Position numbers and translations under genes: made by a program. 64,000 nt of DNA from a virus (Duplodnaviria > Caudoviricetes): the IMG/VR virus record IMGVR_UViG_3300033070_000479, positions 1 through 64,000 of that record. One strand, 5' to 3'. The notes beneath the pieces were generated by a model, which saw nothing but the letters and a program-made list of their open reading frames with translations, did no database searches and was not told where the DNA came from. The number at the start of each line of letters is the position of its first letter. Position 1 is the stretch's first letter. Below are positions 1 to 10,169 of this stretch, piece by piece.

Positions 1-510
1 TTCGCCTACACCGTCAACACCGGCCCAGGCGGCAGTACGGCGCAGCCTTCTCCGGCTGACAGCTACGGCGGATTCGTCAGCCAGACGCCCTGGCCGAACA
101 GCACCGGCGAGTCGCTGTTTCCCGCCGTACCGTCCGACGCAGCGACCGGATCCGTTCAGTACCGGTGCGTATTCCTGTACAACGTGTCCAACGCGGATAC
201 CTGGTACGCCGTCAAAGTGTTCTCTTCGGCGCAGCCGACGTCCGGCTTCGTCTCACTCGGAGTGGACCCGGCAGGGGTCGTGTCCAGAACGTCGGCTACT
301 GCTCAGGCGGCTAGGCCCGTGGCTTCTTCTGTGGCACCGGCCGGTGTGTCGTTCTCGACACCGACGACGTACGATACCGGGATATCGGTCGGCGACATCG
401 GGCCGAACCAGGGCCGCGCGATCTGGGTACGCCGTCAAACCGGCGCCGTTCCCACGACGACGGCGACGGCTACCTTCTCCATCACGGCCTCCGGAAGACC
501 TACCCCGTGA
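1..510 (+). CDS. 5'-truncated putative virion structural protein
   Basis: Frame 1 is open from base 1 (FAYTVNTGPGGSTAQPSPADSYGGFVS...LFPAVPSDAATGSVQYRCVFLYN...). Thr/Ser/Gly-rich, beta-rich composition; the stop overlaps the next start. Confidence 0.55.
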   Translation, partial: FAYTVNTGPGGSTAQPSPADSYGGFVSQTPWPNSTGESLFPAVPSDAATGSVQYRCVFLYNVSNADTWYAVKVFSSAQPTSGFVSLGVDPAGVVSRTSATAQAARPVASSVAPAGVSFSTPTTYDTGISVGDIGPNQGRAIWVRRQTGAVPTTTATATFSITASGRPTP

Positions 511-1502
511 TAGACCTAGTTGTCACATCTTCGTACCCGCTCCTGGCGCCGCCGTCGGTGTCGTTGTCTAGGACTACGTCTTGGGGGGTGTTTGCGGCCG
601 TAGCTGATCCTGGGTCGATTGAGCAAGAGTGCTGCGCGCCTGACTGTGCGAATCCGTTTACGCAGGTGTGGGCCGAGGTGTCTGCCCTGGGTGGGTCGGT
701 CATACGCTGGACGATAGCTGCCGACTTCGGAGTACAGGTCGGATCGGCGTTTCAACTGCAGTGGTCTCCGTCAGGCGGCGCTAACGCCGACGACTGGGAG
801 GACTGCGGAGACCCCGTCAACGACGCGGCGTTCCTGGTAGACGGGGCGCAGAGAGTCTACGGCGTCTGGAACCTGTGTCGGTACCGGGTCGTCCTGGTTA
901 ACGGCGGTGAAACGTACCTATCCCCGACAACCGGCATCGACGGACGCATTCTCGGTACAGACGCGCTTACGGCTGCCGAGATATCACGTAAAGAGCTTCT
1001 CAGGCTGCAGACCACCCCTGCCGGCACGTTCGGCTACTTACTACAGGAGCGCAGGTTTGGGACGCTCTGCTCATGCGTAGACCCGGTCACAAGAGAGCAA
1101 CGTAACTCCTCGTGCCCAATCTGTTTCGGTCGTAACTACGTAGGCGGCTACCACCCGCCGCAGCCGTGCTGGACTGCCGACTTAACGAACGAAGACAAGA
1201 AGAAGATGGTGGACCATGCCGGCGGTCGCGGCACAGTGACCGATTCGGCGCGTATGGCGCGAGTTGTGGCTTCGCTCCCCGTGTCGACCAACGACATGTG
1301 GGTCAACCACTACTCCGACGAGCGCTATTACGTGCACAGGGTGAAAGAACTGGCGTCCTTTCGAGACGTGCCTTTAGTTTACGGCTTGGAGCTGCACAAG
1401 GCTCCTCGGTCTGATATCGTTTACAACGTGCCGGTGGCCAGATCTAATCCTGCCTACCCTGCCTGCTATACTAAGCAGGAAATCCAGGTCGTAGGCGGTT
1501 AG
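507..1502 (+). CDS. putative neck/head-closure protein
   Basis: C-x-C...CxxC-x-G motif (CSCVDP...SCPICFGRNYVGGY) resembles neck proteins of large myoviruses; lies just upstream of the tail genes. Confidence 0.5.
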   Translation: MIDLVVTSSYPLLAPPSVSLSRTTSWGVFAAVADPGSIEQECCAPDCANPFTQVWAEVSALGGSVIRWTIAADFGVQVGSAFQLQWSPSGGANADDWEDCGDPVNDAAFLVDGAQRVYGVWNLCRYRVVLVNGGETYLSPTTGIDGRILGTDALTAAEISRKELLRLQTTPAGTFGYLLQERRFGTLCSCVDPVTREQRNSSCPICFGRNYVGGYHPPQPCWTADLTNEDKKKMVDHAGGRGTVTDSARMARVVASLPVSTNDMWVNHYSDERYYVHRVKELASFRDVPLVYGLELHKAPRSDIVYNVPVARSNPAYPACYTKQEIQVVGG

Positions 1503-1520
1503 GCCGTCTCGGAGACTGCA

Positions 1521-2198
1521 GTGCCAGAAGAGTGCCTAACATGCACCCAGCCGCCTGAAGCACAGACTGAAGTGTCTGCGGCCTCCCTACCGAGCTGCAG
1601 TGAGTTTACGGCCTGGCCTCCGGACCGATTGACTAAGTTCCTATTGAAGTGGTTTCGCTACCACTTCTCTAACGCCGACCTCATCGTCGACCCGGCCCTC
1701 AAGTCAAGGGTGTGGGTCGACGACATCAACAGCCCGATTCACATTTCGACGCTGGCAGAATACACCCCTGCCGACGACGAAAGACGACCGGCTGTGCTCG
1801 TCGAGCGCAGGGACCAACAGAGACTGGCCGAACTAGACGTGCTCGGCGGGACCGGAGGTGACTACGCCCTTGTAGACTCCAACGTCTACATACCGATGGC
1901 CGGACAGACGGTCGTAATGTGCGTCGGCGGTAGAGAGGGTGAGTCTGACGCTATCGCCGCGGAGCTGTTCGGGGAGCTATCGGCCTTCCTGCCGGCCTTA
2001 CAGCAAACCTCATTACCGGAGTTCAAACGGGTGAGGTTGGCGGGTATAGGTCCGCGCCAGCAACTACCCACATTCAAGGATACCTGGACCACCCAAATAT
2101 TCTTGGAGTATCACTATCAGATGGTGTATCGTGTATTCCCGGGAGCTACGGCCCCCGTGAGAGAGATTTACCAAGCCCTGGTCGCAGCTGTATCATAA
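1521..2198 (+). CDS. putative tail completion/terminator protein
   Basis: 225 aa, immediately upstream of the sheath; called from synteny only. Confidence 0.4.
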   Translation: MPEECLTCTQPPEAQTEVSAASLPSCSEFTAWPPDRLTKFLLKWFRYHFSNADLIVDPALKSRVWVDDINSPIHISTLAEYTPADDERRPAVLVERRDQQRLAELDVLGGTGGDYALVDSNVYIPMAGQTVVMCVGGREGESDAIAAELFGELSAFLPALQQTSLPEFKRVRLAGIGPRQQLPTFKDTWTTQIFLEYHYQMVYRVFPGATAPVREIYQALVAAVS

Positions 2199-2219
2199 TC
2201 GAACTACGAGGATTACCAC

Positions 2220-4976
2220 GTGGCCAGACGCGCACTGACCGCAGTTCAAGCCGTTACCGACTCGCAGCCGCTCGACCTCACCAAGTACGCCCGGCTGCGT
2301 CCTACTGTGGTCGCGCCGTACGCCAAGCTGCGTCGCTACACCGTCGACACGGAAAAGCAGAGTCTCGGCGCGTACGTGGTCGGTGCCGACACGACGTACT
2401 CGTGGCCGAGCCTGGCTTATGGTGAGATCGTCGACACGTCTTACGCCAAAATCTACATCGAAGACGGCCTGATTCGGTTCTGGTCCAAGGTCATCGGCGT
2501 TAACGGCACGGCCATTCCGACGTCGTCTCCTCCGAACCGGGTTCGCGCGTCCGCGTTCGTCTTCAAGACGGCCAACGGCACTTCCAGGACGGCGGTGTTC
2601 GGCGACCGCGACGTGGCCATCGGCGACACGGTAGACCTGTCCGCAGTGGTTTCGAGCGTCGTCGTGTCACACCGCTCCAAGGTCACCGGGTACGCGGCTG
2701 ACATGACGTCGGCGTCTATCGGCGCCGCCGTCGCCGCCTCCACCAACGCGGCCGCGCAATCCGCCGCCGGTCCGACCATCACCCAGGTCGCCGGTACGCC
2801 GCTCAACTACGTGGCGTCCGCCGCTAGCGGTACCTACAACTCGGCAGCCGACGGTGGCATCAGCCGGGTGTACACGGTCACCGTAACTCAGTCCAGCACA
2901 GCAGGTTCCGCCCCGACTGCCCGACTGCGGGTGCGGTCCTCAGACGGTCTCGACGACGCCGACAACGTCGTGCCGTCCGCTTTCGGCGCCACGACCGCGA
3001 TCGGCACCAAGGGCCTGTTGATCACGTTGTCTATCGACAGCGGCCGCCCGGTCGATTCCGGCGTCAGTTCTTCGGACCTCATCGCCGGCCAGTCTTGGAC
3101 CGTGTCGGTCGCCCAAGCGTACGTGGTCCCGACGGCTACGTCCGGCGGTACTTACACCGGGACGGTTAACCGGACCTACATCGTGACCGTCTCGACTGGC
3201 GGTACGCTGGCTTCCGGTACCGCCAAGATCACGTGCACGACGGCCTCCGGTACTGACTCGTCCGGTCCGACCACGGTTACCGGCGCCGCGGCGGCAATCG
3301 CGGTCGGTAACTACGGCGCGACGATTACGTTTACCGGCTCTGGTGCGTCCCTCAAGAAGGGCGACGTGTTCTCCTTCGCCGCTGTGGCCCCGGCTGAAGG
3401 CGCTGTCCGGACGCTGGTGCTTCAAGACGACGTTCCTGCGGCGCTGCGAACTGTCGACTGCAACATAACGGTCAGCATTCCGGTTGACGGCGTCGAAGTC
3501 CCGGAAGCCCGCCCGACCAGCACCCTCAACTGGGTCGCGTCCGCGTCCAACATAGTGACCAAGGCAAACGCCGCCATGACTGTGGCTGGTTTGACCAGCG
3601 GCGGCGCGGCCGTTTACGCCCCGATCACGGAAGGCACGCTGTACGCGCACTACCGGGCGTGGAGCTCCGGTACCGCTAAGGTGTTCCGGGTCGCTACGGC
3701 GGCCGACGCCGAAGCTAACGTCGGGCCGATTCACCCGGACAACCCGCTAGGTTACGCGGTCGGCAAAGCGCTGGAAAACACGGCTACGTCTCTGCTCGGG
3801 TCCAACGCCTCGTCCAACGCCGCCGCCAACACCGACGTGGTCCTGGCCGTCCCGGTCACTGGCGACCCGGCTCTGAGCGACTCGTGGACTGCGACGCTGA
3901 ACGGCATCGCTAACGAGTCTGACGCCCACACGCTCGTCATCCACTCGGACTTGGCCGCGGTCCACGCGGTGGCGAAAACCCACGTCGAAAGCCGTAGCAC
4001 CCCGCAGCTCGGCTTCTACCGGACCGCGTTCTGCCCGGCCTCTGTCGCCGAGCCTGTCAGCCTGCTGTCCGGTACGGCTACGGTCACGTCCGGTACTGGC
4101 GGTAACACGCTGGTCACAGCTACTGGTACGACTTTCGTGACGTCGGGCGTCCGCGCCGGCGACACGTTCCGGTGCAACTACACCACTGACGACGCCGGCG
4201 ACCCGCTGTACCAGTCCTACACCGTGTCGTCTGTTACCTCGGAAACGACGCTGTCGCTGGTTACCGGGCCGACGTCCCAAATCCCCGTGGCGGCTACGTT
4301 CCAGCTGTGGCGGTCTCCGACGTCTGACGAAGTTGTAACTCAACTCACGACTGCCGCAGCGGCCTTGGCTTCGCCCCGCGTCTGCCTGGTGTGGCCGGAT
4401 ACGGCTGTGGACACAGACGGCGTCACTGTCAGCGGCGGCGCTGTGGCGGCCGCAGTTGCCGGCCTCAGCGGTAGCGTGGCGTCCCACCAGGGTCTCCGCG
4501 GTATCGGCATCGAAGGCTTTACACTGGCCCCGCGGTCGACCCCGAAGTTCACCGATACGCAACTGGACGCCCTGGCGGCCGGAGGCGTGTTCGTGGTCTC
4601 TCAAGACCCGTCCGGCGGGCTGTTCGTGCGGAACGCGGCTACGACCGACACGTCGTCCGTGTCGAACGCCGAAGAAGCCGTTACCCGCAACGCCGACTGC
4701 GTGCGTCTCGCGGTCGACGAAGCGTGGTCGAGCCTGCGCGGTGTCGCTAACGTCGGCCCCGGCATTGAGCAGTTCCTGAGGACACGACTCGAAGCCGTGA
4801 AGTCCGAGTTCCGGGCCCGCAACCAGATTTCCAGACTCGGCGCCCCGTTCACGGACCTCGTCTACGTGTCCTCGGCGGCCGTGTCTGGTAGGCCGGACGC
4901 CCTACTGATCTCCGTCAACCTGGTCGGCGGTCCGGTTCCGCTGAACGCCACAATGCTGTCCCTGGCACTCATCTAA
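2220..4976 (+). CDS. tail sheath protein
   Basis: 918 aa. Sheath-like C-terminal domain (AAAVAGLSGSVASHQGL...QLDALAAGGVFVV...EEAVTRNADCV), followed by a tube-sized gene. GAGGA Shine-Dalgarno (SD) upstream of GTG. Confidence 0.8.
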   Translation: MARRALTAVQAVTDSQPLDLTKYARLRPTVVAPYAKLRRYTVDTEKQSLGAYVVGADTTYSWPSLAYGEIVDTSYAKIYIEDGLIRFWSKVIGVNGTAIPTSSPPNRVRASAFVFKTANGTSRTAVFGDRDVAIGDTVDLSAVVSSVVVSHRSKVTGYAADMTSASIGAAVAASTNAAAQSAAGPTITQVAGTPLNYVASAASGTYNSAADGGISRVYTVTVTQSSTAGSAPTARLRVRSSDGLDDADNVVPSAFGATTAIGTKGLLITLSIDSGRPVDSGVSSSDLIAGQSWTVSVAQAYVVPTATSGGTYTGTVNRTYIVTVSTGGTLASGTAKITCTTASGTDSSGPTTVTGAAAAIAVGNYGATITFTGSGASLKKGDVFSFAAVAPAEGAVRTLVLQDDVPAALRTVDCNITVSIPVDGVEVPEARPTSTLNWVASASNIVTKANAAMTVAGLTSGGAAVYAPITEGTLYAHYRAWSSGTAKVFRVATAADAEANVGPIHPDNPLGYAVGKALENTATSLLGSNASSNAAANTDVVLAVPVTGDPALSDSWTATLNGIANESDAHTLVIHSDLAAVHAVAKTHVESRSTPQLGFYRTAFCPASVAEPVSLLSGTATVTSGTGGNTLVTATGTTFVTSGVRAGDTFRCNYTTDDAGDPLYQSYTVSSVTSETTLSLVTGPTSQIPVAATFQLWRSPTSDEVVTQLTTAAAALASPRVCLVWPDTAVDTDGVTVSGGAVAAAVAGLSGSVASHQGLRGIGIEGFTLAPRSTPKFTDTQLDALAAGGVFVVSQDPSGGLFVRNAATTDTSSVSNAEEAVTRNADCVRLAVDEAWSSLRGVANVGPGIEQFLRTRLEAVKSEFRARNQISRLGAPFTDLVYVSSAAVSGRPDALLISVNLVGGPVPLNATMLSLALI

Positions 4977-4991
4977 CCGACGCGAGGAATC

Positions 4992-5549
4992 ATGCCCTTC
5001 GACATCTTCGGTCGGCAGCCGCAGGTCCTGGCGGGCGCTCTCAGTAGCGACCGCCTGTTCATGATTTGGGACGACCTCCCCAACCACGGCCTGGGTCTCA
5101 TGATCCAGGAAGCCGGTATCGGCTACACGCAACCGATCGACCGCATCTTCGAACTCGGGCCTGGTGCCCTGGTCGAAACCGACGAAAACGGCCTTCCCGG
5201 CGCGATCGTCGCCGACGGCACCTTCGACAGCCAAAACGGCGCGTACCAGGTCACGTACTACACGATCGGACGGTCTCAGGGCCAAGTCCGGTTTAGCAAG
5301 GTCGTCGGCCCGACGACGATCGCCCAAGACTTCTACCAGCAGTACGGCAACGCCTGCGACCCGAACATCCTGAGTCTCGGCGGCCGCATCGGGTGTGAAG
5401 TCGGCGGCAGCTCTACTCCGCTGACGTACTGGGACCTGTACGGCGTGACCATCAGCACGTATCAGTCGTCCGTCAACACCCGTCAGTCGTTCATCCAAGA
5501 GAACATCGACGGGATCTTCGCCAACCTCAATCTCCGAGTCTCCGCGTAG
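4992..5549 (+). CDS. tail tube protein
   Basis: 185 aa, beta-rich, directly after the sheath; GAGGA SD; QPIDRIFELG segment typical of tube-like proteins. Confidence 0.6.
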   Translation: MPFDIFGRQPQVLAGALSSDRLFMIWDDLPNHGLGLMIQEAGIGYTQPIDRIFELGPGALVETDENGLPGAIVADGTFDSQNGAYQVTYYTIGRSQGQVRFSKVVGPTTIAQDFYQQYGNACDPNILSLGGRIGCEVGGSSTPLTYWDLYGVTISTYQSSVNTRQSFIQENIDGIFANLNLRVSA

Positions 5550-5555
5550 TAAACT

Positions 5556-8500
5556 GTGGAATACGGCCCCGCAGGACTGACCGCTCGGCTAGACCGGTCC
5601 GCCTCCCGCGAGGCCGGTAAAGCCCCTTATGCCGGAAACGCTGTGTTGGCGGACCCCTACCGGTCTGCCACTGACAGGGTTTCCGGCCCGGGTATTTCAC
5701 AGCCTGCACTTCTGTACGGCGTAGTCGTTGACGCAGTGATGGGCGGTCACGCGTACCGCGTGTCTTCTGGCGAGTCAGGGTTCATCTGGTGCGGTCTGAC
5801 TGGGTTAGGTGCTCTAGGTCCGTTCGGCCAAAAGCCGGTCGACACGGTAGCCATCGGTCAGGCCGTCTTTTACGTCATACGCCCTGAAACCCCTACCATC
5901 GGTACGATCGTCGCTCTGGCCCCCGGCCCCGGTATCGGCCAGGAGGACACTCCCGGTGACGCTGCTTGGCCATTTTTTCGGTCAGGCCACTCCGGCGACG
6001 TATCTCACCGGATCCCGGTCGAAGAGGCTATCGCGTTAGCCGAGGCGGCAGGGCTTCCTGGAGGTATCGACGTTTGGGACTTCTCGTCCGGCAGAACCCT
6101 CGACGCTACGGCAACCGGTGAGCGCGGTTTCCTGGCGGAAACTGGCGTCGGTATCGTCGCCGACTCGTTCCACGTGCAGATGCGCGTCGACGAGCACACC
6201 GGCGTATTCGCCTTCTACCACGATCAGCTTCTGCGTATCGCCGGGGTTAACTTTCAGCAGTGGACGTCGTTGTCCGACGACGAGCAGGTAGACGACGCCG
6301 GCGAGTTGTACGGCGTTAAGCGGACGTGGGTGTACCCTTGGGAAGGGGCAGGCCTGTGGAAGTGGAACCAGGTAACTGGGCGATCCACAGATAACCCGGT
6401 CGTAGACCCGGACACAGGAGTCGAGAACGACAACCCTGACGTCAACGGGATACCCGGCTACAGCGGGCAGGGGTCGCGAGACATCGCGTCTGAGGACGCA
6501 CAGGGCGGTAACGGCCTGGCAGTCCGGGAGACCGCCGACACCGGAGCGCTTCCGGCTGCCAGAGGCTACGAGTTCAGCGGGTACCTGGGACAGGGGACCC
6601 GTACGGTTACGGCTCTACCGCTGCAATTTACGTACGTAGCGCCCGAGGCGGTGGAGTGGACAAATAAAGGCGCCGGGTACTTCTCGCCGAACGAACTAGA
6701 AGACGGCGCCACTACGCCGGCTGACACGCATTTGTTCTTTGACTCGGAGGGCGTGGCCGAGGAGACAGTAGGGGAGCCGAACGACCCAGTCGAAGCGAGG
6801 GTGGAGCAGAACAGACTTAACAACGTTGACGGGTTTCAGCCGGGCGTCATCTCCGAACACCGGACTATGGCCGGCGCGTACCACCTCGCCGCTGCCAAAC
6901 GCATCATCCTCGTCAAAAGGTCGAGTCAGCCAGTACCGCGTCAGAAACGGAAACCGGAGGATCCGGGCGGCGATGAAGCTACTCCTCCGGACGACAGCCT
7001 CAACCCTACCCCGTATACCCCGTCCGGGTTGTCGCCTCCGTCCGGGTACGTCGGTACGGCTGCGGACTGGTCAAGGCACAAAGTACAAGCCGACCTACCC
7101 GACATGGGCGAAGGCCGTAGGGCCAACGCAGTAGCGGACCTTCTGGCGTACGTGTTCAACTGGGAGGCGTCGCACCCGTTCTCGTACCACTTGGGCGACT
7201 GGGATCTCCCTGAAGAAGGCCTGGCCGGCTCTCCGCTGGTCAACCAAGCCATACCGGCGTACGCACGGCTGGCGTGCCGGCAGCACCTCAAAGACCCGCC
7301 GGCGGTATCCCTCGACGTAGACCATCGGTACGGCCCGACGGACTACTACCAGACCGAGTCCGTCATAGCCCTGCTCGATGACGGCGACGTCCTCATCTAC
7401 AACGGTTTCGGAGCGTCGATCCACCTGCATAACGCGGACGTGAACATCGACACCCCCGGAGACATCAACCTCCGGTCCGGGCGCAACATCAACATGTGGG
7501 CCGGGCACGACGTAACGATCAAAGCCCGAGACTCGGTGGACCTGGCAGCTACGAAACACGATATACGGTTATCGTCTGCCAGGAACCTACAGGCCGTCGC
7601 CGGATTCAGCGGGTGCGGCGGTATTCTGCTGGAGTCCCAGGCCGTGTGCCCCGGGTACCAGTTCACGGACTCTGTCGGGGAAGAGGTCAAATCTTCCGGT
7701 ATCGTGATGGTGGCCCCAAACAGCCAGGTCCTGGCCATAAGCCGGGACGTCGTGCTGACGTCTCTCGGCGGAAAGATCATCTGCGACGCCGGCCCGACCG
7801 GAACCGTGCGATCGATCTCAAAGTACCACCACACCGTAGCTTACGGCTCGATCGTTCACGGGTTTGCCGGCAGCGGCGGCATATCGGGGGTCAACGAGTT
7901 CTCGGCGGGCTACACCCTGATCGGGTCCGCCCTGTCAGTTAACGGGTCTGTGTCGGCGATCGGATCTGTCGGCACGGCGGCCCTGTCCGTGTCTACCGGG
8001 ATCACTGCTAGGGACTACGGACTCAGGACGTACATGGACTCCGTCCTGGACGTGCCGTCGGCACCCATCGAAGCGTACGTCGCCGAATTCACAATGCGGT
8101 CTGACGAGCAGATGCTGACGTACGACTTTACCGCCTGGAGACCGCGCTGGATGACGCTGGCCGCCGAATCCGGTCAAGCCTTGACGACGTGGTCGGAGTC
8201 TCCGGTGGTGGCGTCAGCGTCGGGGTACTCGCAGCACCCGTACCCTGGCGGTGCCTGGACCGAGCCCGGGTCAATGCGTTGGTCTAGTCCGTTCCTGACC
8301 AACCCGGAACGTGGGTGGGTGGCACGGTCCAGAAATCCGCAGTCGTTTGACACGTCCGTCGCGGCGTACGAGACTCTTACGCCGGGGGACGTCGTCGAGT
8401 CGAGCCTGGCTGACTCCTGGGTCTCTGTAATACCGGACGACTCGGCGTACGATTACTGCAACTACTACGGCACGCCGCCGGCTATTCCTGGTACATTTAC

Positions 8501-8627
8501 GGCCGGGCTAGTGGGCGGCTGGGGCTGGCCGGACCAGTTGCCTGAGGAGTCGATTTCTACTTCCGTGACTAACGGGTACTGGTCTGCCCCGCCTCCTCCG
8601 CCACCACCACCCCCTCCGTTAGGGTAA
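5556..8627 (+). CDS. putative baseplate central spike (gp5/VgrG-like)
   Basis: N-terminal OB-like region (LLYGVVVDAVMGG) and beta-helix-like repeats (DVNIDTPGDINLRSGRNINMWAGHDVTIKARDSVDL); C-terminal poly-Pro. Confidence 0.5.
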   Translation: MEYGPAGLTARLDRSASREAGKAPYAGNAVLADPYRSATDRVSGPGISQPALLYGVVVDAVMGGHAYRVSSGESGFIWCGLTGLGALGPFGQKPVDTVAIGQAVFYVIRPETPTIGTIVALAPGPGIGQEDTPGDAAWPFFRSGHSGDVSHRIPVEEAIALAEAAGLPGGIDVWDFSSGRTLDATATGERGFLAETGVGIVADSFHVQMRVDEHTGVFAFYHDQLLRIAGVNFQQWTSLSDDEQVDDAGELYGVKRTWVYPWEGAGLWKWNQVTGRSTDNPVVDPDTGVENDNPDVNGIPGYSGQGSRDIASEDAQGGNGLAVRETADTGALPAARGYEFSGYLGQGTRTVTALPLQFTYVAPEAVEWTNKGAGYFSPNELEDGATTPADTHLFFDSEGVAEETVGEPNDPVEARVEQNRLNNVDGFQPGVISEHRTMAGAYHLAAAKRIILVKRSSQPVPRQKRKPEDPGGDEATPPDDSLNPTPYTPSGLSPPSGYVGTAADWSRHKVQADLPDMGEGRRANAVADLLAYVFNWEASHPFSYHLGDWDLPEEGLAGSPLVNQAIPAYARLACRQHLKDPPAVSLDVDHRYGPTDYYQTESVIALLDDGDVLIYNGFGASIHLHNADVNIDTPGDINLRSGRNINMWAGHDVTIKARDSVDLAATKHDIRLSSARNLQAVAGFSGCGGILLESQAVCPGYQFTDSVGEEVKSSGIVMVAPNSQVLAISRDVVLTSLGGKIICDAGPTGTVRSISKYHHTVAYGSIVHGFAGSGGISGVNEFSAGYTLIGSALSVNGSVSAIGSVGTAALSVSTGITARDYGLRTYMDSVLDVPSAPIEAYVAEFTMRSDEQMLTYDFTAWRPRWMTLAAESGQALTTWSESPVVASASGYSQHPYPGGAWTEPGSMRWSSPFLTNPERGWVARSRNPQSFDTSVAAYETLTPGDVVESSLADSWVSVIPDDSAYDYCNYYGTPPAIPGTFTAGLVGGWGWPDQLPEESISTSVTNGYWSAPPPPPPPPPPLG

Positions 8628-8631
8628 AACC

Positions 8632-9453
8632 GTGAACGAATACGAACTGCGTGCCGCGGCTAAAGAGGCATACAATCGCAGAACGGTTGATATGCTACGG
8701 GCTGCTTCTGACTCGTATGTTAAAGAGGCTGAGAGAAGCCTAGATGACCCGGCATATGTGGCAGACGCTACATCTGCCGCAGGGGCTGAGATGAGAAATC
8801 GTGTCGCCTCTAGGTTAATGAATCGAGGAACAGCCTCTTCGGTCGCAGCCGCACTTCCGTATGTATCAAGCAGGTTGCGAAGTATAGGGAACACCGCCGT
8901 GTCTCAGGACTACGGTCAATACGTCTCTATGCCTATTGAGGCGGTCAGATCTCCGCTAGTCGGAACCGCAATAGAAGCAGTAGACCCTACCGGAGGCGTG
9001 ATGACTCGCCTGATGGGAACCGGGGCACTCAGTATGATGCTGCCAGGAGGAGGCCCGGAGGACAGGGCTAAGCTGGTAGATCGGCTGAGAAGAGAAGGTG
9101 TTATAGGGAACGAAGCTGAAACTGAAGATGATTCAGATAACCGCCTAACTACCCTTCAGGCCCTGAGCGCGGCTAGTATGCACGATGCAGATCACCGATT
9201 AGCTGGTCATGAAAGAATAAGAAAAAACAACCCGCTGGCGTACTGGCTGGATCCTACGATCGCGTCTGGGCCTATTCGCGAGCTGATAACCAGGCTATCT
9301 AGACGCGTAGATGCCGTCGGAGCAGACCCGGAACAATACGCCCCGGTTAGGGCTCTCAGCTACGTTCCGATTTTGAATGCTGCTACAGCTGTCGGAGGAG
9401 GGGAAGACACGCGCAGCAGGGTCAGAGGGCTGCTTAAAAAAGAGCTACAGTAA
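8632..9453 (+). CDS. hypothetical protein
   Basis: 273-aa ORF filling the gap between tail genes; visibly lower GC than its neighbours. Confidence 0.55.
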   Translation: MNEYELRAAAKEAYNRRTVDMLRAASDSYVKEAERSLDDPAYVADATSAAGAEMRNRVASRLMNRGTASSVAAALPYVSSRLRSIGNTAVSQDYGQYVSMPIEAVRSPLVGTAIEAVDPTGGVMTRLMGTGALSMMLPGGGPEDRAKLVDRLRREGVIGNEAETEDDSDNRLTTLQALSAASMHDADHRLAGHERIRKNNPLAYWLDPTIASGPIRELITRLSRRVDAVGADPEQYAPVRALSYVPILNAATAVGGGEDTRSRVRGLLKKELQ

Positions 9454-9476
9454 CCACGAAAACACAGGAGACTTCT

Positions 9477-10169
9477 GTGATATCCGCTAAGTTGTCCGCA
9501 GACCCGACGAAGATGGACGCCGACGCCCTGGTAACCCTCGGCGTCGACCCGGCTAAGCTTAAAGAGACCATCGACAAGAAGTCGGCTGAGGCTGCCCCGA
9601 AAGAGGCAGATAAGCCGCACCCGCCGTGTGCCAGGTGCGGCTGGGCCTCTAAAGACGCTCCGTCCCCGGAACCCACACCGGGCGACAAACTGGAGCTGAT
9701 TCGGGCTCTGACGTCCACCGGCCTGTTCCGCAAGGAATACAGCCTGTTCGGCGGGGCAGTCACTGTCATGCTGACAGACTTGACCCGCGAATCTGTCGAC
9801 AAGGCTTCGGACGAAGCACAGAGCGAATTCCGGGAGTGGCTGGAGAAGAACCCCAATCCGACTGATACCGCCGTGGGGCTCATGTTCCAGGAGAAAGTGC
9901 TACGTGCCGTAGACCTGCGGACGGCGGCCTCCGTGGAATACGTCTCGGTCAAGGGCCCCGACCAACCCTCAGGAAAGATTGTGTACACGCGCCCGGATAA
10001 CTGTGACCCCAAGGCGGCCTACGACGCCCTTAACAAGACGGTGTTCTCATCTTCCGTAGTCTGGGGTGCCGTGGCCGCGTCGTCCCAAGACCTGCAGACT
10101 CTACTGGCGACCTGCCGCACGAGGGCCTACGACCAAAATTTTTGGCAGGCCTCCACCGCTGCTGGGTGA
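9477..10169 (+). CDS. putative tail assembly chaperone (lambda G-like)
   Basis: CAGGAG SD; lies upstream of the tape measure; carries an in-frame slippery heptamer near its 3' end. Confidence 0.55.
   Translation: MISAKLSADPTKMDADALVTLGVDPAKLKETIDKKSAEAAPKEADKPHPPCARCGWASKDAPSPEPTPGDKLELIRALTSTGLFRKEYSLFGGAVTVMLTDLTRESVDKASDEAQSEFREWLEKNPNPTDTAVGLMFQEKVLRAVDLRTAASVEYVSVKGPDQPSGKIVYTRPDNCDPKAAYDALNKTVFSSSVVWGAVAASSQDLQTLLATCRTRAYDQNFWQASTAAG
10136..10142 (+). other. candidate programmed -1 ribosomal frameshift site A_AAT_TTT
   Basis: X_XXY_YYZ heptamer in the reading frame of 9477..10169 (codons CAA AAT TTT); the -1 frame stays open to 10573. Confidence 0.55.

Noticed and set aside
2168-2196. 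TTACCA-N17-TATCAT as the sheath promoter
   Set aside because: Only a weak match and inside the upstream CDS; not distinguishable from chance.
8619-8894. 91-aa minus-strand ORF
   Set aside because: Completely overlaps 8632..9453 on the plus strand, which fits the operon; no motif.
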